64,000 bases of DNA from an uncultured Gammaproteobacteria bacterium (GTDB lineage Bacteria; Patescibacteriota; Patescibacteriia; UBA1558; GWA2-36-10): contig CAZWYP010000005.1 of the NCBI GenBank assembly GCA_964638415.1, positions 4,121 through 68,120 of the forward strand, given 5' to 3'. Both the position numbers and the translations under genes were made by a program. A model generated the notes under the pieces. The model searched no databases. It worked only from the letters and a program-made list of their open reading frames with translations, and had not been told where the DNA came from. Positions 56,401 through 64,000 of the stretch are shown piece by piece (the first letter of the stretch is position 1; every line of letters begins with the position of its first letter).

Positions 56401-58875
56401 ACTGGTTAAATAATCATTCCTGCCCTGACCGTCGGAAACAATCACGTCTACCCGATAGCTTTTATCTTTCTCCACACTTAACCGATAACGATGCTCTCCC
56501 TGCTGATTGGAACTGCCGCTATAGGTGGTTAATTGCTTTTCTATGCGGTCATAGCGGTACTTCTTTCTAACTACTTTATTGATAAAATCATAATATTCCC
56601 CATCTTCTTTAGCCTCATAGCTAATTTCGGTAATCTTAGCAGAAATGGCTTTATTGACTGCCGGATCCCCTAAATAATCCTGGTAACCAGTAGCTTCCCC
56701 ATTATTAATTTTATCCAAATCAACATTATTCACCTTAGTTAAGATATCTACTGACACTGCACGACCAGCACTGTCTTCTTCATTCTCAAATTTAATCTGA
56801 CCAGCTATTTTAGGACCAAAAACTCTAACAGAAGCATAGGCGCTAATATCTGCCTCTTCGGATTTTACTGGATTAACATTAATGGAATAATATTGCGGAT
56901 AATCGCAGCCATAATAATCTCCGCTCTGCGGACAATCCTGGTATTGCGTTGGCAAGCTTAAATGCCCATTGCCAAAAATATCCGTCTTCAACTGGCCCTC
57001 TGGCTGTTCACTAGCCTGATACTTCAATTCTAAATTAGCTACCGGCGTTCCTTCAAAAAAATTAGCCTTAACATCTACCTTTACATCTTCACCGGCAAAT
57101 AAAGCGTTTTTCTCCGGCTTAGCTTCTATTTGGTAAGCTGGCTTAACATAGCGCTCTACTGTTAAATAATGAGTGCCAATTACTTCTTCTCCCAATAAAA
57201 TCTCCATACTATACCAGCCTGGCTCAACATTCTTAAGATCCAAACTACCGGAAAAAGTATTAGCTTCAGTTAATATTACCTGCGCTTGGGCGGTGGAAAT
57301 TCTTTCTAGATAATAATTATAATAGCTCTGGCCGTTAATTAACTTCACTGTCAATTCTTGGCCGGCGTTTATTTCTCCTGCTCGCGGCTTAACAAAGCCC
57401 CAAAAATTAACTTTATCGGTTGGCTGGTACATCGTTCGGTCGGTATAGAAATAAAACCAGTTATCCGGCCGAGTATAATCGTCCATTTGGAAAGAGACTG
57501 CCACTACATTAGTATAGCCGCCGCCGGTGATTTTAAGAAAATGGTAATTCCTTGACCAATCCTCATTTTGGTCAAAACCGGCGGCAGTATTCATAGTTGC
57601 CAAACCGTCATTGTTGGTATTCTGGATAATGCCTTTATCTACTGAGGTAACCTGCGCTTCGGCTATTGGTCCACCAGTATCCAGACTATTTACCCAGATC
57701 AAGGTATTGTTGGTGGTAATATCGGCATAGATTGCCAAATTATTTACCTGGAAAAAAGCCTGGCTGACAAAATCATCATACTTCATTTCAATCAGATAAA
57801 AACCATTGGGTAAAGTCTCGGGTAAAACCAGATATTTAGCATATTCATATTCTACCATCGGCAGATTATGCTCGCCTACCTTGGTTAAAGACTGCGGATT
57901 GTAATAGTAATTATCCCGGTGGTACCTGGCCCAATACGGCCATCTCTCTTTATCTTTAGCCGCTTCAATATACTGGTCAGCGCTGGCAAAAGCATAGACT
58001 GTTACCGGTACATTCTTGGATTCTTGGTTGTAATAGGCAGTTAAAGGAAATAGCGGCGGAGTATCCAAGGAAAATTCACTGAAACTCTCAGCAAAACCTA
58101 CCCGCCTATAATTACCCTGGCCATCTTCCGTATTAGCCGGCTCCGTCTCAAACCTAAAGATATGATCATTATTAAGCTTCAAATCACTGCCCTCTAAAGC
58201 AATACTTTTGTCCACCGTAACCTGGTAAATAGTGCCGTTTTGCAAACCGCCGCTGGGAACAAAAACCAAGGTTCTTTTATGCTTTTCATAACGCCCCTCT
58301 ATTGCCGGCTCAATTTTAATCTTGCCTTCGTAGTCAATAAAATTCTCATGGCTGAAAGTAATTTCAATACCGGTATTAACCGGCACATAAGAGCCTTTGT
58401 CTCTGGGTAGAGTGTTTAAAATCTTAAATTGATCCTTAACCTGAAAAGCCCAGGAATAATTGTATTTCTGCTCCTCACCCGCTTCATCCAGATAATTGGA
58501 GGTAATCTTCACCCGGTAAACTTTCTTTTGCTCCAAGGGATTTTTAGGAACTACTTCAAACTTATTCTGGTCAATGGTTTTAAAGTCAAAGTCAACTGTG
58601 GGCTCCAGGCTAATGTTAGAAGCTAATGCCTGAGGGTCCACCACATCCTTACTGGTAATAATAAAGGAGGTGGTATCTTCTACTCCAATACTGTCTGCTT
58701 TGGTAGGAATAATCTCAAAATTATCCTGAGCAAAAGCGGAGTTAATAAATAATTTAGTAAAATTGCGGGTATCCACTAAGCCCTGATCTTTAGGCCAAAG
58801 ATAAAAATAACCGGCTAATATTGCCACAATTAAAAAAATAGCAATAACGGGCACCCAGATTTTTGCTTTAAACAT
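53458..58875 (-). CDS. alpha-2-macroglobulin-family large surface protein (thioester-less) with an embedded Hint/BIL domain
   Basis: N-terminal TM anchor. Multiple Ig/MG-like beta domains. NFTVPDNITSWRITAQAIT...SLPVFVEGTFAKEYLAADQPTVKLRAYG aligns with the A2M/C3 MG6 signature ([10 protein letters not shown]...FFVELTMPYSVIRGE / DSITTWEIL). Helical TED-like C-terminal region without a CxEQ thioester. Confidence 0.6.
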   Translation of the reverse strand: MFKAKIWVPVIAIFLIVAILAGYFYLWPKDQGLVDTRNFTKLFINSAFAQDNFEIIPTKADSIGVEDTTSFIITSKDVVDPQALASNISLEPTVDFDFKTIDQNKFEVVPKNPLEQKKVYRVKITSNYLDEAGEEQKYNYSWAFQVKDQFKILNTLPRDKGSYVPVNTGIEITFSHENFIDYEGKIKIEPAIEGRYEKHKRTLVFVPSGGLQNGTIYQVTVDKSIALEGSDLKLNNDHIFRFETEPANTEDGQGNYRRVGFAESFSEFSLDTPPLFPLTAYYNQESKNVPVTVYAFASADQYIEAAKDKERWPYWARYHRDNYYYNPQSLTKVGEHNLPMVEYEYAKYLVLPETLPNGFYLIEMKYDDFVSQAFFQVNNLAIYADITTNNTLIWVNSLDTGGPIAEAQVTSVDKGIIQNTNNDGLATMNTAAGFDQNEDWSRNYHFLKITGGGYTNVVAVSFQMDDYTRPDNWFYFYTDRTMYQPTDKVNFWGFVKPRAGEINAGQELTVKLINGQSYYNYYLERISTAQAQVILTEANTFSGSLDLKNVEPGWYSMEILLGEEVIGTHYLTVERYVKPAYQIEAKPEKNALFAGEDVKVDVKANFFEGTPVANLELKYQASEQPEGQLKTDIFGNGHLSLPTQYQDCPQSGDYYGCDYPQYYSINVNPVKSEEADISAYASVRVFGPKIAGQIKFENEEDSAGRAVSVDILTKVNNVDLDKINNGEATGYQDYLGDPAVNKAISAKITEISYEAKEDGEYYDFINKVVRKKYRYDRIEKQLTTYSGSSNQQGEHRYRLSVEKDKSYRVDVIVSDGQGRNDYLTSYYYNSSYDSRGSYDYYQLRLKSQDKRDNSQFSIGEAVEFEFLKNDELLPTSDQKNYLYFKLKQGLLDYSLSNAPEFSFDFTAQYVPVVYVKGVWFDGRSYHDGSQGNYWWWGGSGGTAVKFKYSDRELKVEVEANKEEFKPGEEVTLQVKVSDLNNNPVAAGVNVNLVDEAYYDISYGGDVNPLETLYNGYISSGEITSYRTNKAESLEALADFGLGAEGGGCFLAGTKVTMADGSTKNIEDIAVGEQIMTFVSPFERKLVATEVEKTFYHVVSGYLIINNQLKVTPEHIVLLNNKWQPIGQAAVGDWLMNDHGQPVKIFSIEQSEEVAEVYNLQTKHYHTYLADGIYVHNQKSGGVRDNFTDNALFASVITDGNGQATVNFTVPDNITSWRITAQAITKDLYAGDGVSKIMVSLPVFVEGTFAKEYLAADQPTVKLRAYGDALRNGDQVRFSLDAATLGLDKTTVDGKAFEPSYINIPQLSLGEYDLTYGVEFGEYQDAVNLPILVTNSHLRKLVEENYILSPELQVKGSSDSATTLTFSDRNRGRLYRYLTHLAWAYGDRVDQKFSRVIGSQLIKDYFSDQTYVPEFEGSLYQYNGGITLLPYSDPEMELSVRTAMVAADKFDQTSLANYFYGKLNNEDSNQEEVVMSLAGLAALDEPILLVLQQFAALPDLTIKEKLYIALGAQSLGDNQLAKSIYLELIEKHGENYGEQYARINTGGDMDDILSVTALAAILAGGLNDKLHEPLWQYTVENRTKEVLINLEKLHYVANTLPNLGEGEVKFTVKVGEQEHQQTLDKGRSWRIKVSPQELASIKFSNIEGEVGLVSTYEKPLAASDATVDRNIAIARKYYVNDVETSSFKESDLVEVRVYPFISSSALQGRYQIIDLLPSGLKVTTRPYYRGAYVDCGYYYPYEIEGQQVKFSISKDWKQSRCAKDYFSYYARITNPGTYQAEPIIIQSFNVPEIMNFADSQQVTIQP
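55348..55734 (-). other. Hint (mini-intein-like / bacterial intein-like, BIL type A) domain, 129 aa, residues 1048-1176 of the A2M-like protein
   Basis: Intein block A CFLAGTKVTMADGS (Cys1 after GGG), block B LKVTPEHIVL (TxxH), blocks F/G VYNLQTKHYHTYLADGIYVHN ending in His-Asn. The +1 residue is Gln (HN|QKSGG), so canonical splicing is not possible. Confidence 0.65.
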
Positions 58876-58939
58876 ATTTTTTTGGTTAATAAATACGAGA
58901 TTATTATACCATAAAAACTAACTTTTTTTAACTTTAATA

Positions 58940-58974
58940 AAATGAAAAGCCGACCAAATTAAATTTGATCGGCT
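58940..58974 (-). terminator. Terminator downstream of pyrD (agccgatcaaatt aaa tttggtcggct followed by a U-run on the minus strand)
   Basis: Hairpin with one mismatch, followed by a T-rich run in minus-strand sense. A TATAAT box for the A2M-like gene lies just beyond. Confidence 0.4.
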
Positions 58975-58980
58975 CTTGAC

Positions 58981-59910
58981 TTATTGACTCCGAATGAGGA
59001 TATCAGTCCACTCGCTTAAAATACGAGTAAAAACTTTTGGCCCTTCCCTCAGTAAAGACGTAGCTATCTGCACGGCAGTAGCGCCTGCTCGCTGGAAATC
59101 AACTACATCCTGACCGGTGCTAATTCCACCGACACCAATGACACTAATCTGGTCAGTCAAAGCTTGTCGCCACTGATAAACTTGTCCCAAAGCAAAAGGC
59201 TTAATAGCCGAACCTGACAAGCCAGCTAGGCCATTAGCAACGGATATTACTGTCCGACCATCAGGAGAAAAACTCAAACAATTAGGAACGGTATTAATCA
59301 CCGTTACAAAATTTATCAATTCATTGCTATTTAACAAATCAGCAAATGATTTGATTTCTAAGGGATTAGTGATTGGCGAGACTTTAACTCCTATGAGCGT
59401 CTTCTTCGCCTGTAATGCAGGCAGCGTCCACAATCTGTCTAAAATTCGCTTAACATATGGGCGATTGAAACAAGCAATACCGTGTTGTCGGCCGTTATCC
59501 AAAACATTGGGACAACTGAGATTAATTTCCATGCCGTCAACTTTGCAAGCAGCAATGTGATTAACGAGGCGCCAATAATCATCCTCGCAAAAACCAGCCA
59601 CGCTAACAAATATTTTCTTACCCCTCGCCCCAGCTTGGTCAACCAAATTCTTTAAACATGATTCATAATAGCGTAATCCTGGATTAGGTAATCCCAAGGA
59701 ATTAAGAGCGAAGCCATCACTCTGATGATAAACATCGCCTTCATTACCTAATCTCCTCTCAACCGTAATTGATCCAATCATGACAGCGCTGGCGCTAGAT
59801 TGCAATAAATCTGAAAAATTCAAATCTCCTTCAACTTTCTTGCAAGTGCCGGCTGCATTCATCACTGGATGTTCTAATTCCATTCCCGATAAATCAACAG
59901 AAAAATCCAT
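58981..59910 (-). CDS. pyrD: dihydroorotate dehydrogenase (class 1)
   Basis: N-terminal NPVMNAAG, catalytic Cys region (NLSCPN), FMN-binding GGI.TG. ATG at 59910 with an AAAGGAGG RBS is preferred over the 59967 start. Confidence 0.8.
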   Translation of the reverse strand: MDFSVDLSGMELEHPVMNAAGTCKKVEGDLNFSDLLQSSASAVMIGSITVERRLGNEGDVYHQSDGFALNSLGLPNPGLRYYESCLKNLVDQAGARGKKIFVSVAGFCEDDYWRLVNHIAACKVDGMEINLSCPNVLDNGRQHGIACFNRPYVKRILDRLWTLPALQAKKTLIGVKVSPITNPLEIKSFADLLNSNELINFVTVINTVPNCLSFSPDGRTVISVANGLAGLSGSAIKPFALGQVYQWRQALTDQISVIGVGGISTGQDVVDFQRAGATAVQIATSLLREGPKVFTRILSEWTDILIRSQ

Positions 59911-60008
59911 GTTGACCTCCTTTGAAAAGTACTTAGTATTTAATTTAGATATTAAATAAAACCGCAATAAATGTCAAATAATATAAATAAAAAAACCTCC
60001 AATAATTA

Positions 60009-60085
60009 TGGCGGGATGGAAGGGACTTGAACCCTCGACCTCCTGCGTGACAGGCAGGCGTTCTAACCAACTGAACTACCACCCC
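60009..60085 (-). tRNA. tRNA-Asp (GTC)
   Basis: Reverse complement reads GGGGTGGTAGTTCAGTTGGTTAGAACGCCTGCCTGTCACGCAGGAGGTCGAGGGTTCAAGTCCCTTCCATCCCGCCA. The acceptor stem GGGGTGG/CCATCCC pairs, the anticodon loop is CTGTCAC (GTC), the T-loop is GGTTCAAGTCC, and CCA is encoded. Confidence 0.9.
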
Positions 60086-60146
60086 CTCATAATCATTGAA
60101 GATTTACTGCAATAATATACAGCATTTTCTGTTGTTTGGCAAGGGG

Positions 60147-60950
60147 TTAGGTTAAGAATATCGGCAACCAGTCTGGATGGTGGGCATTAATTAAGGCCAA
60201 AAACAAAATAAAATCCAAAGTTAAGTGAATGGTAATAATATAAAGCAATGACTCGGTCTTTTGAAAAATATAGCCTTGGATCAAAGCAAAAATGAGAATC
60301 ATAATCCAACCCCAGCCGGTAAACCCTAATTCATACAAAAAAGAAGTGAATAATATTGCCTGGAAAAAATTAGCAACATTAGCAGATAAATACTGCCGGA
60401 AAATGGCATAAACCGTGCCGACAAAAAACAACTCATCCCAAATACCTAAAGCATTGGTACCAATGAATAATTTGAAAATATTGTAAGCTCCAGGCTCCAC
60501 TGTCCAGTTCAAATAAGCGCCGGTATTTTCAAGGTAGAAAGGCAGCAGTAAATAAGCAATAATTGCGGTAAAAAATATATAAAATATTTCCGACTTAAAC
60601 CACTTCCGGCCATGATGCCAAGGAAAGCTAATGACCTTGCTGCGATAAATATACTTTACTACCAAATAAGGCAAGCTGACCGCCAAAATCAAAGCGATAC
60701 CCATCGCCAGCATGTGCTCTCCACTAGTATCAGTATTAATTTCCGTAACAGCCAATAAGGCTAAGGAAAAGTAAAGCAAAATTAAATACTTTCGGACTTC
60801 TCCCTTAGCTAATAGCAAAAAGACTAAGCCAAGCAGCCACAATATCCAACCGACTATTTTAATCTGTAAACCAATGAGCATTAAGCCGCTGACCACTAAC
60901 AATAGCAAGCCTAACCACTCGGTAAATTTTAATTTCTGTGCCGCCGCCAT
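60147..60950 (-). CDS. CPBP-family intramembrane metalloprotease (CAAX protease/Abi-like)
   Basis: Multi-TM protein with WDELFFVG (EExxxR-like), FTSFLYE and IHLTLDFILF (HxxxN/D-like) motifs. Confidence 0.5.
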   Translation of the reverse strand: MAAAQKLKFTEWLGLLLLVVSGLMLIGLQIKIVGWILWLLGLVFLLLAKGEVRKYLILLYFSLALLAVTEINTDTSGEHMLAMGIALILAVSLPYLVVKYIYRSKVISFPWHHGRKWFKSEIFYIFFTAIIAYLLLPFYLENTGAYLNWTVEPGAYNIFKLFIGTNALGIWDELFFVGTVYAIFRQYLSANVANFFQAILFTSFLYELGFTGWGWIMILIFALIQGYIFQKTESLLYIITIHLTLDFILFLALINAHHPDWLPIFLT

Positions 60951-61714
60951 AAACTAAAAATAATTACCATCAAAATAAGTAAGAGGCTATAAATTTGCGG
61001 CCAGCGCAAACCTAAAATCATCGGTGCCGGATCCAGCCTAATGAACTCCAGGCTAAACCTAATGATGGCATAACCAATAAGGTAAACAGCAGTAATTAAA
61101 CCTGAAAAATTCTTAGTTTTTTTAACCAAACGCCAAATAATAATAAAGAGAATTAAACTAAGGACGGACTCATAAAAGAAAGTGGGATGGAAATGACTAT
61201 ACTGCTCAAAACCCGGCAGACGATTATCTATGCTAATAGGAATCCCCCACCAACCAGCTGTCGGTAAGCCATAAAGTTCCTGGTTAAAATAATTACCCCA
61301 GCGGCCAATAGCCTGTCCTAAAGCCAAAGCTGGCGCTAGCCAGTCAGCTAAAGACCAGAAACTAAGATTATGTTTTTTAGCCCAATAATATAAAACTAGC
61401 ATTACGGCAATAATAGTACCCAGAATAGACAAACCTCCTTGCCAGATAAAAAATATTTCTACCAAATTTTGGCTAAAGTATTCCCAACTGTAAAAAAAGA
61501 CATGACCTAACCTTGCTCCGATCAAACCAAAAATTATCAAATAAAAAAACAGGCTGTCTAATTTATCCGACTTAATTGCCGGACGATTAACAGCCCGTAA
61601 GGCATAAAGCCAGCCAGTTAAAATTGCCGATACCATGATTACTCCGTACCAATGCACTGGCCAAGCTGCTAAAGAAAAAATAATTGGCTGTGGTAAATAG
61701 TTATACCAAAACAT
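60929..61714 (-). CDS. lgt: prolipoprotein diacylglyceryl transferase
   Basis: Lgt signature GRWGNYFNQELYG and GARLGHVFFY. The internal ATG at 61714 gives a 1-nt overlap with the upstream DsbA-like gene. Confidence 0.8.
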   Translation of the reverse strand: MFWYNYLPQPIIFSLAAWPVHWYGVIMVSAILTGWLYALRAVNRPAIKSDKLDSLFFYLIIFGLIGARLGHVFFYSWEYFSQNLVEIFFIWQGGLSILGTIIAVMLVLYYWAKKHNLSFWSLADWLAPALALGQAIGRWGNYFNQELYGLPTAGWWGIPISIDNRLPGFEQYSHFHPTFFYESVLSLILFIIIWRLVKKTKNFSGLITAVYLIGYAIIRFSLEFIRLDPAPMILGLRWPQIYSLLLILMVIIFSLWRRHRN

Positions 61715-62487
61715 TACTCCGCTTCCTGCTGAATAATATAAGCCAAAATCTGCTCCCACAGATCAAAAGTGATAGCTCCCGGTATTAGCTTACCATTAAT
61801 CACATAACTAGGGGTACCAACTACCCCTAAATCCACACCCTGGGCAAAATCCTGACGGATCTCTTGAGAATGCTTTTCATTATCCAGACAAGCGTCAAAT
61901 TCCGCAATATTAAAACCTAGATTCTCCGCATAACTTTTTAGATCTGCTTTGGTGTGTTTACCCTGATTAGCAAATAAAACATCATGATACTCCCAAAATT
62001 TTCCTTGATCTTGAGCACAGCCAGCTGCCAAATGAGCAGAAAAAACATCAGGATGAAGACTTTCAGTGGGAAAATCCTTAAAGATAAAGCGTACTAAACC
62101 CCCATATTTTTCCATCATTCTCTTAATGTCCGCCTGATTTTCTTTACAGAATGGGCAACCAAATGACTGGTAGGAAACAATATACAATAGTGGTTGATCA
62201 GTTCCTAAAAAAGGATCATCTTCGGTTAATAAAGAACTGACTCCCTCCTGACTCTGATGATAATCATTTTTACTAATCCAAATATTCAAATCCTTATCAA
62301 AAAAATCTCCGCGACTAAAATGCCAAAGATGATTGAAGAAAGTCAAACTGAAATATATTGCTCCCAAAAAAACCAAAACAATAATTATGGTAGCAAAACG
62401 GCCAGGCAACCTTTTACGCCAAGGCTTATAATAACTATTTCTAACTACTTCTTCTAATTTATCTTTTATTTTATCTTGTGTTCCCAT
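61714..62487 (-). CDS. DsbA-like thiol:disulfide oxidoreductase (thioredoxin fold), membrane-anchored
   Basis: CPFC active-site motif (FGCPFCKEN); N-terminal TM helix. Confidence 0.65.
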   Translation of the reverse strand: MGTQDKIKDKLEEVVRNSYYKPWRKRLPGRFATIIIVLVFLGAIYFSLTFFNHLWHFSRGDFFDKDLNIWISKNDYHQSQEGVSSLLTEDDPFLGTDQPLLYIVSYQSFGCPFCKENQADIKRMMEKYGGLVRFIFKDFPTESLHPDVFSAHLAAGCAQDQGKFWEYHDVLFANQGKHTKADLKSYAENLGFNIAEFDACLDNEKHSQEIRQDFAQGVDLGVVGTPSYVINGKLIPGAITFDLWEQILAYIIQQEAE

Positions 62488-63916
62488 TTTTTTCTATATA
62501 ATTTCCCATAATAAATAATTTTTCTTCCTGGAAGCTGTCTGCTAAAAGTTGCAAACCAATCGGTAAATTATTACTGTCCTGTCCAATCGGCTGTACTAAT
62601 CCGCAAACACCTCCTAAATTAGCGCTGACTGTAAAAATGTCAGATAAATACATTTGCAAGGGATCGGAAATTTTCTCTCCTAGTTTAAAAGCCGTCGTCG
62701 GAGTAGCTGGAGACAGTAAAACATCAACCTCCTTGAATACTCTGGAAAAATCCCGCCTAACCAAGGTGCGGACTTTTTGCGCCTGCTTGTAATAAGCATC
62801 ATAATATCCCGCCGAAAGAATATAGGTGCCCAGCATGATCCTGCGTTTGCTTTCTGCGGAAAACCCCTCTCCTCTCACCTGCTTATACCATTCATCTAAA
62901 GTTAAATCTTTTTGCGGACGCCAGCCATAAAGCAAGCCGTCAAAACGAGCTAGATTAGAACTTACTTCCGCCGGCATCAATAGATAATAAGCTGCTAAAG
63001 CATAATCGCTGTAAGCTAAACTTACTTCTTTAATTACGAAACCGTCATCGGCTAATTTTTTAATCTGCGCTTCTAGGCAATTTTTAACTTCCTTATCTAT
63101 TCTATCATTAAAAAACTCTTTTGGCACGCCCAGACTTAATTTCTTAGGATCGGATTTTTCTAGAATATCCAAATAACTAGGAACAGCGCTCCGAGAACTA
63201 GTCGCATCCGCCGGATCATAACCAGCCATTGTTTGCAACAACAAAGCAGCGTCGCTAACAGTTTTGGCAAAAGGTCCAATCTGATCCAAAGAAGAAGCCA
63301 TTGCTATCGAACCATAGCGAGATACTCGACCATAACTTGGCTTAACGCCAACTATACCGCAAAAAGCTGCCGGCTGCCTAATTGACCCGCCAGTATCCGT
63401 GCCTAGAGAAGTGGGAGCTAGATTACCAGCTACTGCTGCCGCCGATCCGCCACTAGAACCACCCGGCACTCTAGTTTTGTCACGAGGGTTTAAAACCGGA
63501 CCGAAATAAGAATTCTCATTAGAAGAGCCCATAGCAAACTCGTCGCAGTTGGTTTTTCCCAAAACTACCATGCCCTGATCCGTTAAGCGCTTAACAGCTG
63601 TCGCCGTATAACTGGCTAAATAGTCTTCCAAAATTTTTGAAGCGGCAGTAGCTGGCAAGTCTTTTACCAAAATAATATCCTTAACTGCTAAAGGCACGCC
63701 TTTAAGCCAATTGCCTGACTCACTGGTGAAAGATTTGTCAATTTCCTTGGCTTGCTCAATCGCTTGATCATTAACACTAATAAAGCTATTTGTTTCATCC
63801 TTACTGATTTGCTCTAAATAACTAGACGTTAATTCAACGCAGGAAAATTCCTTATCCAGCAAAGCCCGATGGATATTGCTAATATTTAATTTTTCTAATT
63901 CACTCTTTGACAACAT
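62471..63916 (-). CDS. gatA: Glu-tRNA(Gln)/Asp-tRNA(Asn) amidotransferase subunit A
   Basis: Amidase signature GGSSGGSAAAVA and catalytic Ser-cisSer-Lys triad context. Confidence 0.9.
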   Translation of the reverse strand: MLSKSELEKLNISNIHRALLDKEFSCVELTSSYLEQISKDETNSFISVNDQAIEQAKEIDKSFTSESGNWLKGVPLAVKDIILVKDLPATAASKILEDYLASYTATAVKRLTDQGMVVLGKTNCDEFAMGSSNENSYFGPVLNPRDKTRVPGGSSGGSAAAVAGNLAPTSLGTDTGGSIRQPAAFCGIVGVKPSYGRVSRYGSIAMASSLDQIGPFAKTVSDAALLLQTMAGYDPADATSSRSAVPSYLDILEKSDPKKLSLGVPKEFFNDRIDKEVKNCLEAQIKKLADDGFVIKEVSLAYSDYALAAYYLLMPAEVSSNLARFDGLLYGWRPQKDLTLDEWYKQVRGEGFSAESKRRIMLGTYILSAGYYDAYYKQAQKVRTLVRRDFSRVFKEVDVLLSPATPTTAFKLGEKISDPLQMYLSDIFTVSANLGGVCGLVQPIGQDSNNLPIGLQLLADSFQEEKLFIMGNYIEKNGNTR

Positions 63917-63918
63917 AA

Positions 63919-64000
63919 TTATTTTTTAAAAACCGCTGGTGAAACCACATAACCTTCCTGTAAATTAACTGCCTGTTTAATAACCGAGGGAGTTGAATCA
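63919..64000 (-). CDS. gatC: amidotransferase subunit C, C-terminal fragment (gene begins beyond the window end)
   Basis: Reverse-strand frame reads ...DSTPSVIKQAVNLQEGYVVSPAVFKK-TAA, ending 2 nt before the gatA ATG. The ...Y/F.VP.V... C-terminal pattern fits GatC. Confidence 0.45.
   Translation of the reverse strand, partial: DSTPSVIKQAVNLQEGYVVSPAVFKK

Noticed and set aside
53458-58875. Thioester-containing A2M (CxEQ motif)
   Set aside because: No CGEQ/CxEQ motif was found at the expected position (~230 aa after the ITSW block) or anywhere else in the protein.
1-64000. CRISPR arrays, transposases/integrases, prophage remnants
   Set aside because: No regularly spaced direct repeats and no recombinase-like ORFs were seen. 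The only repeats are the 13-bp inverted repeat at 2909/3047 and protein-level repeats (WG, LVIVD).
1-64000. Alternative genetic code (UGA=Gly as in Gracilibacteria/Absconditabacteria) and a TGA-stop bias as a marker of foreign genes
   Set aside because: Standard-code ORFs are long and intact (1805-aa, 1145-aa). TGA functions as a stop in ATGA overlaps (tmk/gatB, 1351/1354) and in the ordinary hydrolase 3659..4393. TGA stops are frequent among the higher-GC orphans (6393, 8696, 9230, 36893, 37246, 40779, 43497) but are not exclusive to them, so this is not a reliable signal.

Overview
This 64-kb window reads like a small, streamlined bacterial genome (roughly 40-45% GC). It is dense with translation, replication and nucleotide-salvage genes and has very little biosynthesis. 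That pattern fits an ultra-small CPR/Patescibacteria-like (possibly Saccharibacteria-like) episymbiont, but this lineage call is an inference only.

Firm housekeeping calls are cysS, gap, rpsB-tsf, rpmE-prfA-prmC, an accB-like BCCP, L25/Ctc, SEDS FtsW/RodA, dnaE, thrS, miaA, gatB, a thymidylate supercluster (dCMP deaminase - kinase - thyA - folA - dut - tdk - tmk), cspA, mfd, smpB with an adjacent tmRNA, infC-rpmI-rplT, pyrD, a tRNA-Asp(GTC), lgt, a DsbA-like protein, gatA and a partial gatC.

Accessory content worth attention:
- A 1805-aa thioester-less alpha-2-macroglobulin (A2M)-family surface protein carrying a 129-aa mini-intein-like Hint/BIL domain exactly where A2Ms carry their protease bait region. 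It is translationally coupled to a membrane-anchored Memo-like protein and sits next to TspO.
- A tight type IV pilus operon (pilB-pilC plus four prepilin-like genes) lacking a major pilin but encoding a 633-aa pilin fused to an LVIVD beta-propeller and a pilin-like PA14-domain protein.
- A compact (~180 nt) T-box-like leader with a Thr (ACC) specifier and a textbook antiterminator/terminator switch, upstream of an alpha/beta-hydrolase-thrS operon.
- A higher-GC, self-contained Actinobacteria-type DUF397 gene cassette (consensus promoter between 13-bp inverted repeats, long leader, own terminator), plus several other compositionally distinct orphan genes (WG-repeat protein, receiver-only response regulator with an HTH partner, a tandem pair of small paralogs).
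- A putative host-lipid-scavenging operon (asparaginase-like - unknown - alpha/beta hydrolase - AMP-ligase).

No CRISPR arrays, transposases or integrases were seen. Coordinates of non-coding elements may be off by 1-2 nt.
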